A stretch of DNA of 64,000 bases, taken from NCBI GenBank assembly GCA_050178015.1, contig JBFXGM010000012.1, forward strand, positions 31,967 through 95,966, in the 5' to 3' direction. This DNA is from Mangrovibacterium sp. (GTDB taxonomy: Bacteria > Bacteroidota > Bacteroidia > Bacteroidales > Prolixibacteraceae). This document shows positions 16,891-25,850 of the stretch, piece by piece (the first letter of the stretch is position 1; every line of letters starts with the position of its first letter). The notes below the pieces were generated by a model. The model had not been told where the DNA came from and ran no database searches. It saw only the letters and a list, made by a program, of their open reading frames with translations. The translations under genes were made by a program, and so were the position numbers.

Positions 16891-18714
16891 CTAAAAAACC
16901 TGCATCTTATGCAGCTTGAAATAGTGGCCTTCCCGGGCGATCAGCTCATCGTGGGTGCCTGTCTCAACAATTTTTCCGTCAAGCAGCACGCAAATCACAT
17001 CGGCATTTTTGATGGTTGACAGGCGGTGGGCAATCACCAGCGAGGTGCGGTTTTTCATCAGGTTTTCGAGCGCCTGCTGCACCAGTTTTTCAGATTCGGT
17101 ATCCAAGGCCGAAGTGGCTTCATCGAGAATCAGGATGGGCGGGTTTTTCAGGATGGCCCGCGCAATGGAAATGCGCTGTTTTTGCCCCCCCGAGAGTTTG
17201 TCGCCGCGGTCGCCGATATTGGTTTGGTAGCCATTTTCAGTGGCCATGATAAATTCGTGCGCATTGGCAATTTTGGCAGCGTTGATCACATCCTCTTCCG
17301 TGGCGCCTTCCACGCCAAAGGCTATGTTATTGTAAAAAGTTTCGTTGAACAGGATCGGTTCCTGGTTTACATTGCCCATCAGGTTGCGCAGGTCGTGCAG
17401 TTTCAGGTCGCGGATGTCGGTCCCGTCAATAAAAATACCGCCCTCTGTCACGTCCCAGAAACGCGGCATAAGATCCACCAACGTGGTTTTTCCCGAGCCC
17501 GATTTCCCGACAAACGCAATTGTCTGTCCTTTCTTAATCGTCAGGTTGATATCGTCGAGCACTTTCTCCGAAACATAGCTGAAACCGACATGCCGGTATT
17601 CGATCGAATCGGTGAAGGCAGCTTTTGCGATGGCGTTTGGCTTGTCCTTGATGGTATTCTCCTGGCTCAGGATGCGGTCGATACGCTCCATCGAAGCCAA
17701 TCCTTTTTCGACAGCATACAGGGCCGTGGAAAAAGCTTTGGCCGGGTTGATGATGTTGTAGAAGAAAACCAGGTAAACGATAAACTGCTGCGGGGTGAGC
17801 GATCCGGCCTCGTTGGAGAGGATCAGGTTGCCGCCGTACCACAACACGATAACGATGACCGCGGTTCCCAGGAATTCGCTCATCGGGTGAGCCAAAAAGT
17901 AGCGGCTCATCAGCTTGTTCATGATAAGCCGGTAGTTTTCGTTTTCCCGCTCAAAGCGTTCGGTCGCTTTCTTCTCGGCCGTAAATGCCTTGATCACCCG
18001 CAAGCCGGAAATATCTTCATCAATAATCGACAAGATTTCGCCCTGCTTGTTTTGTCCGCGGCGCGACTGCTTTTTCAGGCTCTTCCCCACCCTTCCGATC
18101 AGCAAACCGGCCACCGGGAGCATGATAAACACGAAGATGGTGAGCGACCAGCTGGTATAGACCATGTAGGACAGCGAAATCAAAATCAGCATCGGGTTTT
18201 TGAACAGCATGTCCAGCGAGTTCATCACCGAGTTTTCGATTTCCTGCACATCGCCGGTCATGCGGGCCATGATGTCGCCTTTGCGCTCGTCGCTAAAAAA
18301 GCCCAGCGGCAACGACAGCATTTTGCGGTATATTTTACTGCGGATATCGCGCACCACGCCATTGCGGATGGCAATCATCATGTAGCTGGCCAGGTAAGTG
18401 AAGCCCACCTTCAGCATCACCATAAAAATGATGAACAGGCCAATGTAAATGAGCGCGGACGACTCGCCGTACGTATCAATAATCCACGTAATAAAATACG
18501 ACAGGTTGTTTTCGATGACATTCAGGTTAAACTCGAAAGGCATCAACTCGCGAACGTACTCCTTCGTTTGGAACAGGATCCCCAACACGGGTGATAACAA
18601 GCCAAACGAAAAGGCGCCAAAAATCGCAGCAAACAGGTTAAACACGAAGTTCAACACTACTTTGCTTTTATAGGGCGGCAAAAACCGCCTCAAGAGGTGG
18701 ATTAAATCTTTCAT
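16891..18714 (-). CDS. ABC transporter, fused permease/ATP-binding exporter (MsbA-like)
   Basis: Six-TM N-domain; Walker A GKSGSGKT, LSGGQKQR, ILILDEATSALD. Confidence 0.93.
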   Translation of the reverse strand: MKDLIHLLRRFLPPYKSKVVLNFVFNLFAAIFGAFSFGLLSPVLGILFQTKEYVRELMPFEFNLNVIENNLSYFITWIIDTYGESSALIYIGLFIIFMVMLKVGFTYLASYMMIAIRNGVVRDIRSKIYRKMLSLPLGFFSDERKGDIMARMTGDVQEIENSVMNSLDMLFKNPMLILISLSYMVYTSWSLTIFVFIMLPVAGLLIGRVGKSLKKQSRRGQNKQGEILSIIDEDISGLRVIKAFTAEKKATERFERENENYRLIMNKLMSRYFLAHPMSEFLGTAVIVIVLWYGGNLILSNEAGSLTPQQFIVYLVFFYNIINPAKAFSTALYAVEKGLASMERIDRILSQENTIKDKPNAIAKAAFTDSIEYRHVGFSYVSEKVLDDINLTIKKGQTIAFVGKSGSGKTTLVDLMPRFWDVTEGGIFIDGTDIRDLKLHDLRNLMGNVNQEPILFNETFYNNIAFGVEGATEEDVINAAKIANAHEFIMATENGYQTNIGDRGDKLSGGQKQRISIARAILKNPPILILDEATSALDTESEKLVQQALENLMKNRTSLVIAHRLSTIKNADVICVLLDGKIVETGTHDELIAREGHYFKLHKMQVF

Positions 18715-18736
18715 TTACATGCGTTCGGAGCCGGGA

Positions 18737-20083
18737 CTAAAAAATCCCGGTATAATTCTGAGGGGTAATTTTCTTCAGTTCAGCTTTCAGTTCATCACTA
18801 ATTTCGAGCGTATCGATAAACTCGTGAATGGCCTGCTGGTCGATCTTGCGATTCACGCGGGTGAGGTTGCGCAAAGCCTCGTACGGGTTCGGATACCCTT
18901 CGCGGCGCAGGATCGTTTGGATAGCCTCGGCCACTACCGGCCAGTTATTGTCCAGATCGGCATCAATGGCGTCCTTGTTCAGCAACAGTTTATCCAACCC
19001 GCGCATGGTCGAGCTCACGGCGATGAGGGTGTGGGCCAGCGGCATACCGATTGTGCGCAACACGGTGGAGTCGGTCAGGTCGCGTTGCAGGCGAGAAACC
19101 GGCAACTTGGCGGCCAGGTGCTCAAACAAAGCATTGGCAATGCCCAGGTTGCCTTCCGAATTTTCAAAGTCGATCGGGTTCACTTTGTGCGGCATGGCCG
19201 ACGAACCAACTTCCCCGGCCTTAATTTTTTGCTTGAAGTATTCCATCGAAATGTACGTCCACATATCGCGGTCAAGATCGAGGATGATGGTGTTCACCCG
19301 TTTCAGGGCATCAAAAATGGCGGCGTGGTTGTCGTAGTTGGCAATTTGTGTGGTGTATTGCGCCCGTTCCAACCCCAGGTATTTCTTCAGGAAATGGTTG
19401 CCAAAAGCTTTCCAACTGATTTCGGGATAGGCAATGTGGTGGGCATTGAAATTGCCCGTTGCCCCGCCAAACTTGGCATCGCAATTAATGGAGCGCAGTT
19501 GTTCCAGTTGCTTTTTGATGCGTTCGGAGAATACCCTGATTTCTTTTCCCAGATTGGTGGGCGATGCCGGCTGCCCGTGGGTTTTGGCCAGCATGGAAAT
19601 GTTTTTCCACTCTTCAGCCAGCTCATCCAGCCTGTCAACCAAGTCGTTCACCGCAGGAAAATATTCCATGTCCAGTGCATCGTGAATGGATTTGGGCACG
19701 GCGGTATTGTTGATATCCTGCGAAGTCAAACCAAAGTGGATGAATTCTTTGTATGCTTGAATACCGAGCTTGTCAAATTCTTCTTTCAGGAAATACTCCA
19801 CCGCTTTCACATCGTGGTTGGTCACTTTTTCGATGTCTTTCACCCGTTGGGCATCGTCCACCGAGAAGTCGGCCACCACCTGCCGGAGATTGGCAAACAG
19901 GTTGTGATCGAACCCAGCCAGCTGCGGCAAAGGCAGTTCGCAAAGCGCGATAAAATATTCAACCTCAACCAATACACGGTATTTGATCAGCGCATACTCC
20001 GAGAAGTACAGTTGCAGGTTTTCAACTTTCGATCGGTAACGACCATCTATGGGGGTGATTGCAGTGAGTAAATTCAGTTCCAT
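18737..20083 (-). CDS. purB: Adenylosuccinate lyase
   Basis: MELNLLTAITPIDGRY, TNHDVKAVEY, KTHGQPA, GSSAMPHKVNPIDFENSEGN; own promoter-like TACCTTTA at 20104-20111. Confidence 0.97.
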   Translation of the reverse strand: MELNLLTAITPIDGRYRSKVENLQLYFSEYALIKYRVLVEVEYFIALCELPLPQLAGFDHNLFANLRQVVADFSVDDAQRVKDIEKVTNHDVKAVEYFLKEEFDKLGIQAYKEFIHFGLTSQDINNTAVPKSIHDALDMEYFPAVNDLVDRLDELAEEWKNISMLAKTHGQPASPTNLGKEIRVFSERIKKQLEQLRSINCDAKFGGATGNFNAHHIAYPEISWKAFGNHFLKKYLGLERAQYTTQIANYDNHAAIFDALKRVNTIILDLDRDMWTYISMEYFKQKIKAGEVGSSAMPHKVNPIDFENSEGNLGIANALFEHLAAKLPVSRLQRDLTDSTVLRTIGMPLAHTLIAVSSTMRGLDKLLLNKDAIDADLDNNWPVVAEAIQTILRREGYPNPYEALRNLTRVNRKIDQQAIHEFIDTLEISDELKAELKKITPQNYTGIF

Positions 20084-20184
20084 GATTTTTATTTTTGGCG
20101 GCGTAAAGGTAACATTTTTTGCCTTTCGGTTAAAGCCGGGCATGAGCGACAGAGAAATCGCTTTTAGGAATTTGAAAGCTATTC

Positions 20185-20360
20185 TTTCTGATTAAGGATG
20201 TTACACTGCCCTTTCAGTGTCATTACCTTCCGCCCGGCCAAGGCATACCGTACCTCTACGCGCCTTGCACAACCCAAAACGCCGCAAACGGAAAAGCCAG
20301 GTACGGTCACGCCCCATCGTGACCAACATGCCATACCCCTGTGATGCGGCATATCAGAAA
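20185..20360 (-). ncRNA. Candidate ~176-nt structured non-coding RNA of unknown family
   Basis: Ends are complementary (TTTCTGAT / ATCAGAAA); nested stems GGCAT/ATGCC, ACCGTACCT/AGGTACGGT, GGTCACG/CGTGACC, ACACTG/CAGTGT; one 8-bp stem closes fully only on the minus strand (two G-U pairs); TATTTTTG box at 20370-20377 just upstream. Confidence 0.55.
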
Positions 20361-20388
20361 AAAACCGGACAAAAATAGTTGCCCGGTT
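20358..20388 (-). terminator. Intrinsic terminator of folE, overlapping a TAnnTTTG box
   Basis: Minus strand CCGGGCAA-loop-UUGUCCGG followed by a U-run. Confidence 0.7.
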
Positions 20389-20442
20389 GAAAGTCTGTAA
20401 GATTTCAATATAATCCCGATCCTCCTTCTTTGACATTTCAAA

Positions 20443-21174
20443 TCAATCCAGCGTCACATATTTCAGGAACTCTTCGCGTCGTTCTTTTTCTTTGAAGATG
20501 CCGCCATACTCGGCCGTTACTGTGGAGCTGCTTTCATCCTCGATACCGCGCGACGAAACGCACATGTGCCTGGCATCGATCACCACAGCTACATCTTCGG
20601 TTTTCAAAATACGCTTCAGCTCGTTGGCAACCTGAACGGTCAATCGTTCCTGCACCTGCGGACGGCGCGCGTAATAATCCACAATGCGGTTAATTTTCGA
20701 AAGGCCGATCACCTGTCCGCTCGAAACGTAGGCCACGTGCGCCTTCCCGACAATTGGCAGGAAATGGTGCTCGCAGGTTGAATTCAGGCTGATGTTGCGT
20801 TCCACCAGCATTTCGCCGTATTTAAACTTGTTATCGAACACCGAAATTTTGGGTTTGTTGGCCGGGTTCAATCCGTTAAATATTTCCTGGACAAACATTT
20901 TGGCCACGCGGTGAGGCGTTCCACTCAAGCTGTCGTCGGTAAGATCAAGTCCCAGCGTTTCCATGATGTCGCGAAATTTATCTTCGATGATGGCCATTTT
21001 TTCCTCGTCCGATGCCACGAAAGCATCGTCGCGCATGGGTGTTTCAATCGAAGTGGCTATATGGTTGTCCCCGATCAGGTCGTAATTCGCCGAATTATTC
21101 ACCCGGGGCAGGGCACAGTTTCCATTCACTTTAGTGGCAGGATGATCCGTCTTTACAAAACCGTTCACTTTCAT
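20443..21174 (-). CDS. folE: GTP cyclohydrolase I
   Basis: GTPHRVAKMF, STCEHHFLP, GLSKINR, RPQVQERLT, HMCVSSRG; start set at MKVNGF. Confidence 0.96.
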   Translation of the reverse strand: MKVNGFVKTDHPATKVNGNCALPRVNNSANYDLIGDNHIATSIETPMRDDAFVASDEEKMAIIEDKFRDIMETLGLDLTDDSLSGTPHRVAKMFVQEIFNGLNPANKPKISVFDNKFKYGEMLVERNISLNSTCEHHFLPIVGKAHVAYVSSGQVIGLSKINRIVDYYARRPQVQERLTVQVANELKRILKTEDVAVVIDARHMCVSSRGIEDESSSTVTAEYGGIFKEKERREEFLKYVTLD

Positions 21175-21226
21175 ACTCGTTCCTCCTTGTTTTAGGGATT
21201 CAGATTCAATAAACAAGAAAACGGTG

Positions 21227-21265
21227 GATTTGTTTAAAGACGCCAAATGAAAGTTTAAACAAATC
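21227..21265. promoter_or_regulatory. Perfect 12-bp inverted repeat upstream of folE (putative operator)
   Basis: GATTTGTTTAAA-N15-TTTAAACAAATC; the spacer holds a -7-like TTCATTTG on the minus strand. Confidence 0.5.
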
Positions 21266-21458
21266 ACCTGATTCCCGTCAGGAACAGGCCACCACCTTTT
21301 CTAAATAAGCCTTCGGTTTTGCTCCGGTGAATTTATTCCCACACCTTTGCCAGGAATATCGTCACGCAAACAAATCGGGAATTGAAACGTTATTTTGGGA
21401 AGCAATAAAAGCAGATTCGAAATTGAAACGATTGACCGGAAATCTCAAAAAAAGAAGC

Positions 21459-23879
21459 ATGTACCAGGAAAAAACCGAACTTTTTGAAACAGCAGATAAT
21501 ATAGCAACTTCAGCTTTAGATGATTATTACCTGGCCCACCTGAGTCGTCAGTTAAGCCTGCTGGGCCGCCGCGAAGTGCATAACGGCCGGGCTCATTTTG
21601 GCATATTTGGCGACGGGAAAGAACTGGCGCAGATTGCCTATGCAAAAGCCTTCCAAAAAGGTGACTGGCGTTCGGGCTACTACCGCGACCAAACCTTCAT
21701 GCTGGCCCTGGGGCTGTTGCAGCCCGAGGAGTTTTTTGCCATGATTTACGGCGACACCGACTTTCATTACAACCCCTCCACCGGCGGACGCAACTTCAAC
21801 AACCATTTCAGCACGCAAAATATCGACGAAAACGGCGAAATCAAAAACCTGGCCGACCGGTACAATTCGGCGTCCGATATTTCGTCAACTGCCGGACAAA
21901 TGCCCCGCTTGCTCGGGCTGGCACAAGCCTCAAAATTGGTGCGCCAAAAGCCCGAACTGAAAAAGCACCTCAAAAATAATGTTACCGGCAACGAAGTAGC
22001 CTTTGGCTCCATTGGCGACGCCAGCACATCGGAAGGCATGTTTTTCGAAACCATCAATGCAGCCGGTGTCATGCAAGTCCCCCTGGCGGTGGCCATTTAT
22101 GACGATGGCTTCGGCATCAGCGTGCCCATTGAACTGCAAACGACCAAGGCCAGCATTTCGGAATCGTTGAAAGGATTTCAACGAGAAGAAGGCACGAACG
22201 GCATTTCGATATACACCTGCAAAGGCTGGGATTATCCGGCCCTGTTGAATACTTTTTCCGAAGGAATTGCCCGTTGCCGCGACACACAAACGCCGGTATT
22301 GTTCCACATTCAGGAAGTGACCCAGCCCTTGGGGCATTCCACTTCGGGTTCGCATGAGCGCTACAAATCGAAAGAGCGACTGGAGTGGGAAAACGAATTT
22401 GATTGTCTTGTCCGGTTTAAAAACTGGCTGCTCAGCACTGGTGAAACCGACAACGAAACCCTCACGAAGATTGAGAAACAGGCGGCAAAAGCTGCCCGCG
22501 AGGCACGCGATAACGCCTGGAACCATTACGCCGACAGCTTCGCGGAGGAAACCGAAAGCCTTTCGCGCATCCTGTACCACCTGAAAAATCATTCGAACAA
22601 CCAGCTCGACCATACTCCCGAACTGGAAAGCGTCCGGCTGAAGGTGTTCCCCACCCGCCGGGCCTTGTTTAGCCTGGCCAAACGAGTCACTTTTGAGTTA
22701 CACGGTTTTTCTGAATTTCAGCCCGAAAAAGAAGAACTGCGGGTATGGGTTGAAAACTTTCAGAAACGAACCAAGCGCTTTTACAACAGTCAGCTTCACC
22801 GCGAAGGCAACGACTCGGCCTTGAAGGTGGGAGCCATTCCGGCGCAATACCAGGAGCATCCGGCCGAACTGAACGGCTCCGACATCCTGAACAAAAACTT
22901 CGATGTACTATTCAGCAAACACCCCACCCTGGTGACTTTTGGCGAAGATACCGGCAAGCTGGGCGGGGTGAACCAGGGCATGAAAGGGATGCAGGAGAAA
23001 TATGGCATCGAACGCGTGTCGGACACCGGCATCCGCGAAGCCACCATCATCGGACAAGGTATTGGCCTGGCCCTTCGCGGGTTCAGGCCCATTGCCGAAA
23101 TCCAATACCTCGACTACCTGATTTACGCGCAATCGCCCCTGAGTGACGATTTGGCTTGTATGCAATACCGCACCATGGGCAAGCAGGCCGCCCCGCTGAT
23201 TATCCGCACGCGCGGCCACCAGTTGCAGGGCATCTGGCATGCCGGATCGCCCATGCAAATGATACTGGGCTCCATGCGCGGCGTTTACCTGTGCGTGCCC
23301 CGCAACATGACCCAAGCAGCTGGTTTTTACAACACCCTGCTCCAGTCCAACGACCCGGCGCTGGTAATCGAACCGCTGAAAGGCTACAACGTGAAAGAGC
23401 CGTTACCTTCAAACCTGGGCGAATTCCGTGTTCCCCTCGGTGTTCCCGAAATTTTGCACGAAGGAACCGATGTTACGCTGGTAACTTACGGCTGGAATGC
23501 CCATCACGCCGAAAAAGCCGCCCACCTGTTGCAGGAAGTGAAAAATATTTCGGTGGAGGTAATCGACGTGCAAACGCTGATGCCCTTCGATGTCAACCAC
23601 CTGATCCTGAAATCCATCAAAAAAACAAACAAAGTAATTTTTGTGGATGAAGATGTTCCGGGAGGAGGAACAGCCTACATGATGCAAAAGGTGCTGGAAG
23701 AACAACAGGCCTTCAACTACCTGGACACGGCGCCCCGCACCCTGCCGGCCATGGAACACCGCCCGGCCTACGGCATCGACGGCGAATATTTCTCGAAACC
23801 CAACGTGGAACGCATTTTCGAAACCGTTTATCAAATGATGCACGAAACCGATGTGAAACGGTTCCCGGAACTCATGTAA
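21459..23879 (+). CDS. 2-oxoacid dehydrogenase E1, fused alpha/beta subunits (branched-chain type likely)
   Basis: WRSGYYRD, TPP motif GDASTSEG, GHSTSG, beta-domain GEDTG...DTGIREATIIGQGIG, AEIQYLDY; start set at MYQEK. Confidence 0.92.
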   Translation: MYQEKTELFETADNIATSALDDYYLAHLSRQLSLLGRREVHNGRAHFGIFGDGKELAQIAYAKAFQKGDWRSGYYRDQTFMLALGLLQPEEFFAMIYGDTDFHYNPSTGGRNFNNHFSTQNIDENGEIKNLADRYNSASDISSTAGQMPRLLGLAQASKLVRQKPELKKHLKNNVTGNEVAFGSIGDASTSEGMFFETINAAGVMQVPLAVAIYDDGFGISVPIELQTTKASISESLKGFQREEGTNGISIYTCKGWDYPALLNTFSEGIARCRDTQTPVLFHIQEVTQPLGHSTSGSHERYKSKERLEWENEFDCLVRFKNWLLSTGETDNETLTKIEKQAAKAAREARDNAWNHYADSFAEETESLSRILYHLKNHSNNQLDHTPELESVRLKVFPTRRALFSLAKRVTFELHGFSEFQPEKEELRVWVENFQKRTKRFYNSQLHREGNDSALKVGAIPAQYQEHPAELNGSDILNKNFDVLFSKHPTLVTFGEDTGKLGGVNQGMKGMQEKYGIERVSDTGIREATIIGQGIGLALRGFRPIAEIQYLDYLIYAQSPLSDDLACMQYRTMGKQAAPLIIRTRGHQLQGIWHAGSPMQMILGSMRGVYLCVPRNMTQAAGFYNTLLQSNDPALVIEPLKGYNVKEPLPSNLGEFRVPLGVPEILHEGTDVTLVTYGWNAHHAEKAAHLLQEVKNISVEVIDVQTLMPFDVNHLILKSIKKTNKVIFVDEDVPGGGTAYMMQKVLEEQQAFNYLDTAPRTLPAMEHRPAYGIDGEYFSKPNVERIFETVYQMMHETDVKRFPELM

Positions 23880-23939
23880 AGAAAAAGGTAAAATTGAAGT
23901 TCCGTTGGCTCTCCAAGCGCGGGATCTTCACTGTCATTA

Positions 23940-24374
23940 TCACAGATAGAACACGGCAATGGCGATGATTGTCAACGAGGAAATCCCAATGGGCAACCAA
24001 ACCGGGGCAATCCACGGCCGGGGAATCAGGAACAGCACATCCATGGTTGTGAGTTTCGGCGGCCATTTGATCACCAGGTACAGCGACAGGTAATAAAACA
24101 GGTCCCAAAAGGCGAAAGTCCACAGAAATACCATGAGTACATCCCGCCAGCCGTTGCCAACCAGCAAGGCCAACATAACAAGCATTACAATGGTTGCCAC
24201 CTCCCTGGTCATCTCGATTTTAACGTAACGCTCCGGGATTTTTTCCAACAAGCCGGTGCTGTCCTTATCGGCATCGATCAGCCCGAGCGCTTTTCGCAGA
24301 TAAACTACCACAACGCCTTCCACATGCGCCATAGCGATTCCGAAAACGGCCAATAACAGATACGTGGAAATCAT
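23940..24374 (-). CDS. Hypothetical integral membrane protein
   Basis: About four TM segments; conserved-looking motifs EGVVVVYLR, REVATIVML, WDLFYY, DVLFLIPRPWIAPVW. Confidence 0.75.
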   Translation of the reverse strand: MISTYLLLAVFGIAMAHVEGVVVVYLRKALGLIDADKDSTGLLEKIPERYVKIEMTREVATIVMLVMLALLVGNGWRDVLMVFLWTFAFWDLFYYLSLYLVIKWPPKLTTMDVLFLIPRPWIAPVWLPIGISSLTIIAIAVFYL

Positions 24375-24454
24375 CCTTTTTTACCTTGAAATCATACACA
24401 ACCTTACGATGCAAAAAGGATGAACGTTGCAAAGCGGTTCAACGCAAAAAAGTT

Positions 24455-25843
24455 TTACTTCCAACCCGGGAAAAGCGATTTCAAAGCGTCGAGTCCATGA
24501 ATGGCATGGGTCGGTAACTTCGCGCCGTCGAGTCCGAAAACCAACATGTCTTCTCTGGACTGCATTTTGACCGACGATTCGTCAATCTGCCCTGCTTTAT
24601 TTTGGGCTGTGGCCAGATCGAGCCCCAGTTTCCGGGCAAAGAATTGATAAACTGCCGCCCGCTTGGAAGGCCCGTAATCATGCCCCTCATCGGGCAAATG
24701 GACATTTTGCAGCCGATCAGTTTGGTTATATAAAGCGTACCGTGCCTGCAAATACGGGAATTCGATTTCGGGAACGTTTGCCGTCCAATCGCCACCATCG
24801 GAAACAACCAACAAAGGGCGCGGCGAGGCCATTGCGGCAATTTCCACGTTGTTCGTTCCCCGGGGGCCACACATGTGGATCGGCATGCCGCTTTCGCAGG
24901 GGCAACCACCAAAAAACCACGACGACACCATCACGACGGGAGCGCTCACCGCAATGCGATCATCCAGGGCCGTCAGCAAAAACGTTTGGGTTCCACCACC
25001 TGAGGCGCCGGTCATGCCGATTTTCGAGGCATCCACTTCGGGCAGTGATGAGAGAAAATCGAGCACCCGTATGCTGCTCCAGGTTTGCATGGTTTGGGCC
25101 ATCCCGGTACGATGGTCTTCAAAGGCAAATTGCAGGGCCGACTCGCCCTTGGCAAACATATCATAGCTAAACACTACCGCCCCCATCCGGGCCAGGGTGC
25201 CAGCCAGTTTCTGCGAGCTCTCGCCGTAATGCTGGATTTCGCCATGCCCCTGGGCCAGCAAAACCGCCGGATGCTTACCTTTCATTCGCAATGGGCGGTA
25301 CAATGTTCCTGAAACATACACCCCGGGTAAGCTTTCCAGCGCCACATGCTGAACAGTGTATCCGTCCATTTTTGAAACAGGCGTTGAAACCGGGTTCAGC
25401 GGCATTTTCTCCGGCATAGGATTCAGTCCCAATTTATTCAGGATGCAGTTTTTCAGCTCCACTTTCCTGCTTTCCCACGAAACCAGGTCCGGGTAAAGCT
25501 TTGCCAGACGTTCCAAATGTTTGCGGCCTTCGTCAACCGGCCGGATATGATAGCGAAAACGTTCTATTTTGTAATTCCCTTCCTCCTGTTTTTCAAAAAC
25601 CAACCCGGTAGTCCCCAGCACCAGGTGAAGCGTTTCTTCCGCATCGTCGCGAAACCGCCACTGCGCAAATTCAACCTGTAGGGGCTGAATGACTTTTTCG
25701 TCATAACTCAATTGTATCTGAAAACGTTGTTCCACCTCCTTCAAAACATCTTCCAACGGCTTGGCGAAGTTGGTATCGATGTTCTGCGCGTGGCACAATC
25801 CGGCCAGCACTACCAGTACAAAAAACAGGTTAATTCGTTTCAT
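24455..25843 (-). CDS. Exported carbohydrate (acetyl) esterase-like alpha/beta hydrolase with N-terminal STN/DUF4974-like domain
   Basis: Signal peptide; N-domain PLEDVLKEVEQRFQIQLSY...TGLVF; catalytic domain TGASGGGTQT, DGGDW, GHDYG. Confidence 0.78.
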   Translation of the reverse strand: MKRINLFFVLVVLAGLCHAQNIDTNFAKPLEDVLKEVEQRFQIQLSYDEKVIQPLQVEFAQWRFRDDAEETLHLVLGTTGLVFEKQEEGNYKIERFRYHIRPVDEGRKHLERLAKLYPDLVSWESRKVELKNCILNKLGLNPMPEKMPLNPVSTPVSKMDGYTVQHVALESLPGVYVSGTLYRPLRMKGKHPAVLLAQGHGEIQHYGESSQKLAGTLARMGAVVFSYDMFAKGESALQFAFEDHRTGMAQTMQTWSSIRVLDFLSSLPEVDASKIGMTGASGGGTQTFLLTALDDRIAVSAPVVMVSSWFFGGCPCESGMPIHMCGPRGTNNVEIAAMASPRPLLVVSDGGDWTANVPEIEFPYLQARYALYNQTDRLQNVHLPDEGHDYGPSKRAAVYQFFARKLGLDLATAQNKAGQIDESSVKMQSREDMLVFGLDGAKLPTHAIHGLDALKSLFPGWK

Positions 25844-25850
25844 CTTGATT

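Noticed and set aside
17026-18594. 522-aa plus-strand ORF opposite the ABC transporter
   Set aside because: Fully overlaps a clear gene; typical stop-poor shadow frame with no domain signature.
18719-20071. 450-aa plus-strand ORF opposite purB
   Set aside because: Shadow ORF of a conserved housekeeping gene.
20179-20436. 85-aa ORF across the folE-purB gap
   Set aside because: Runs through the folE terminator, has no coding-like composition, and is better explained by the structured RNA candidate.
20100-20440. Known purine/folate riboswitch (ZTP, guanine, THF) upstream of purB
   Set aside because: Consensus cores not found by eye, and purB has its own promoter box downstream of the element; an Rfam scan is still needed.
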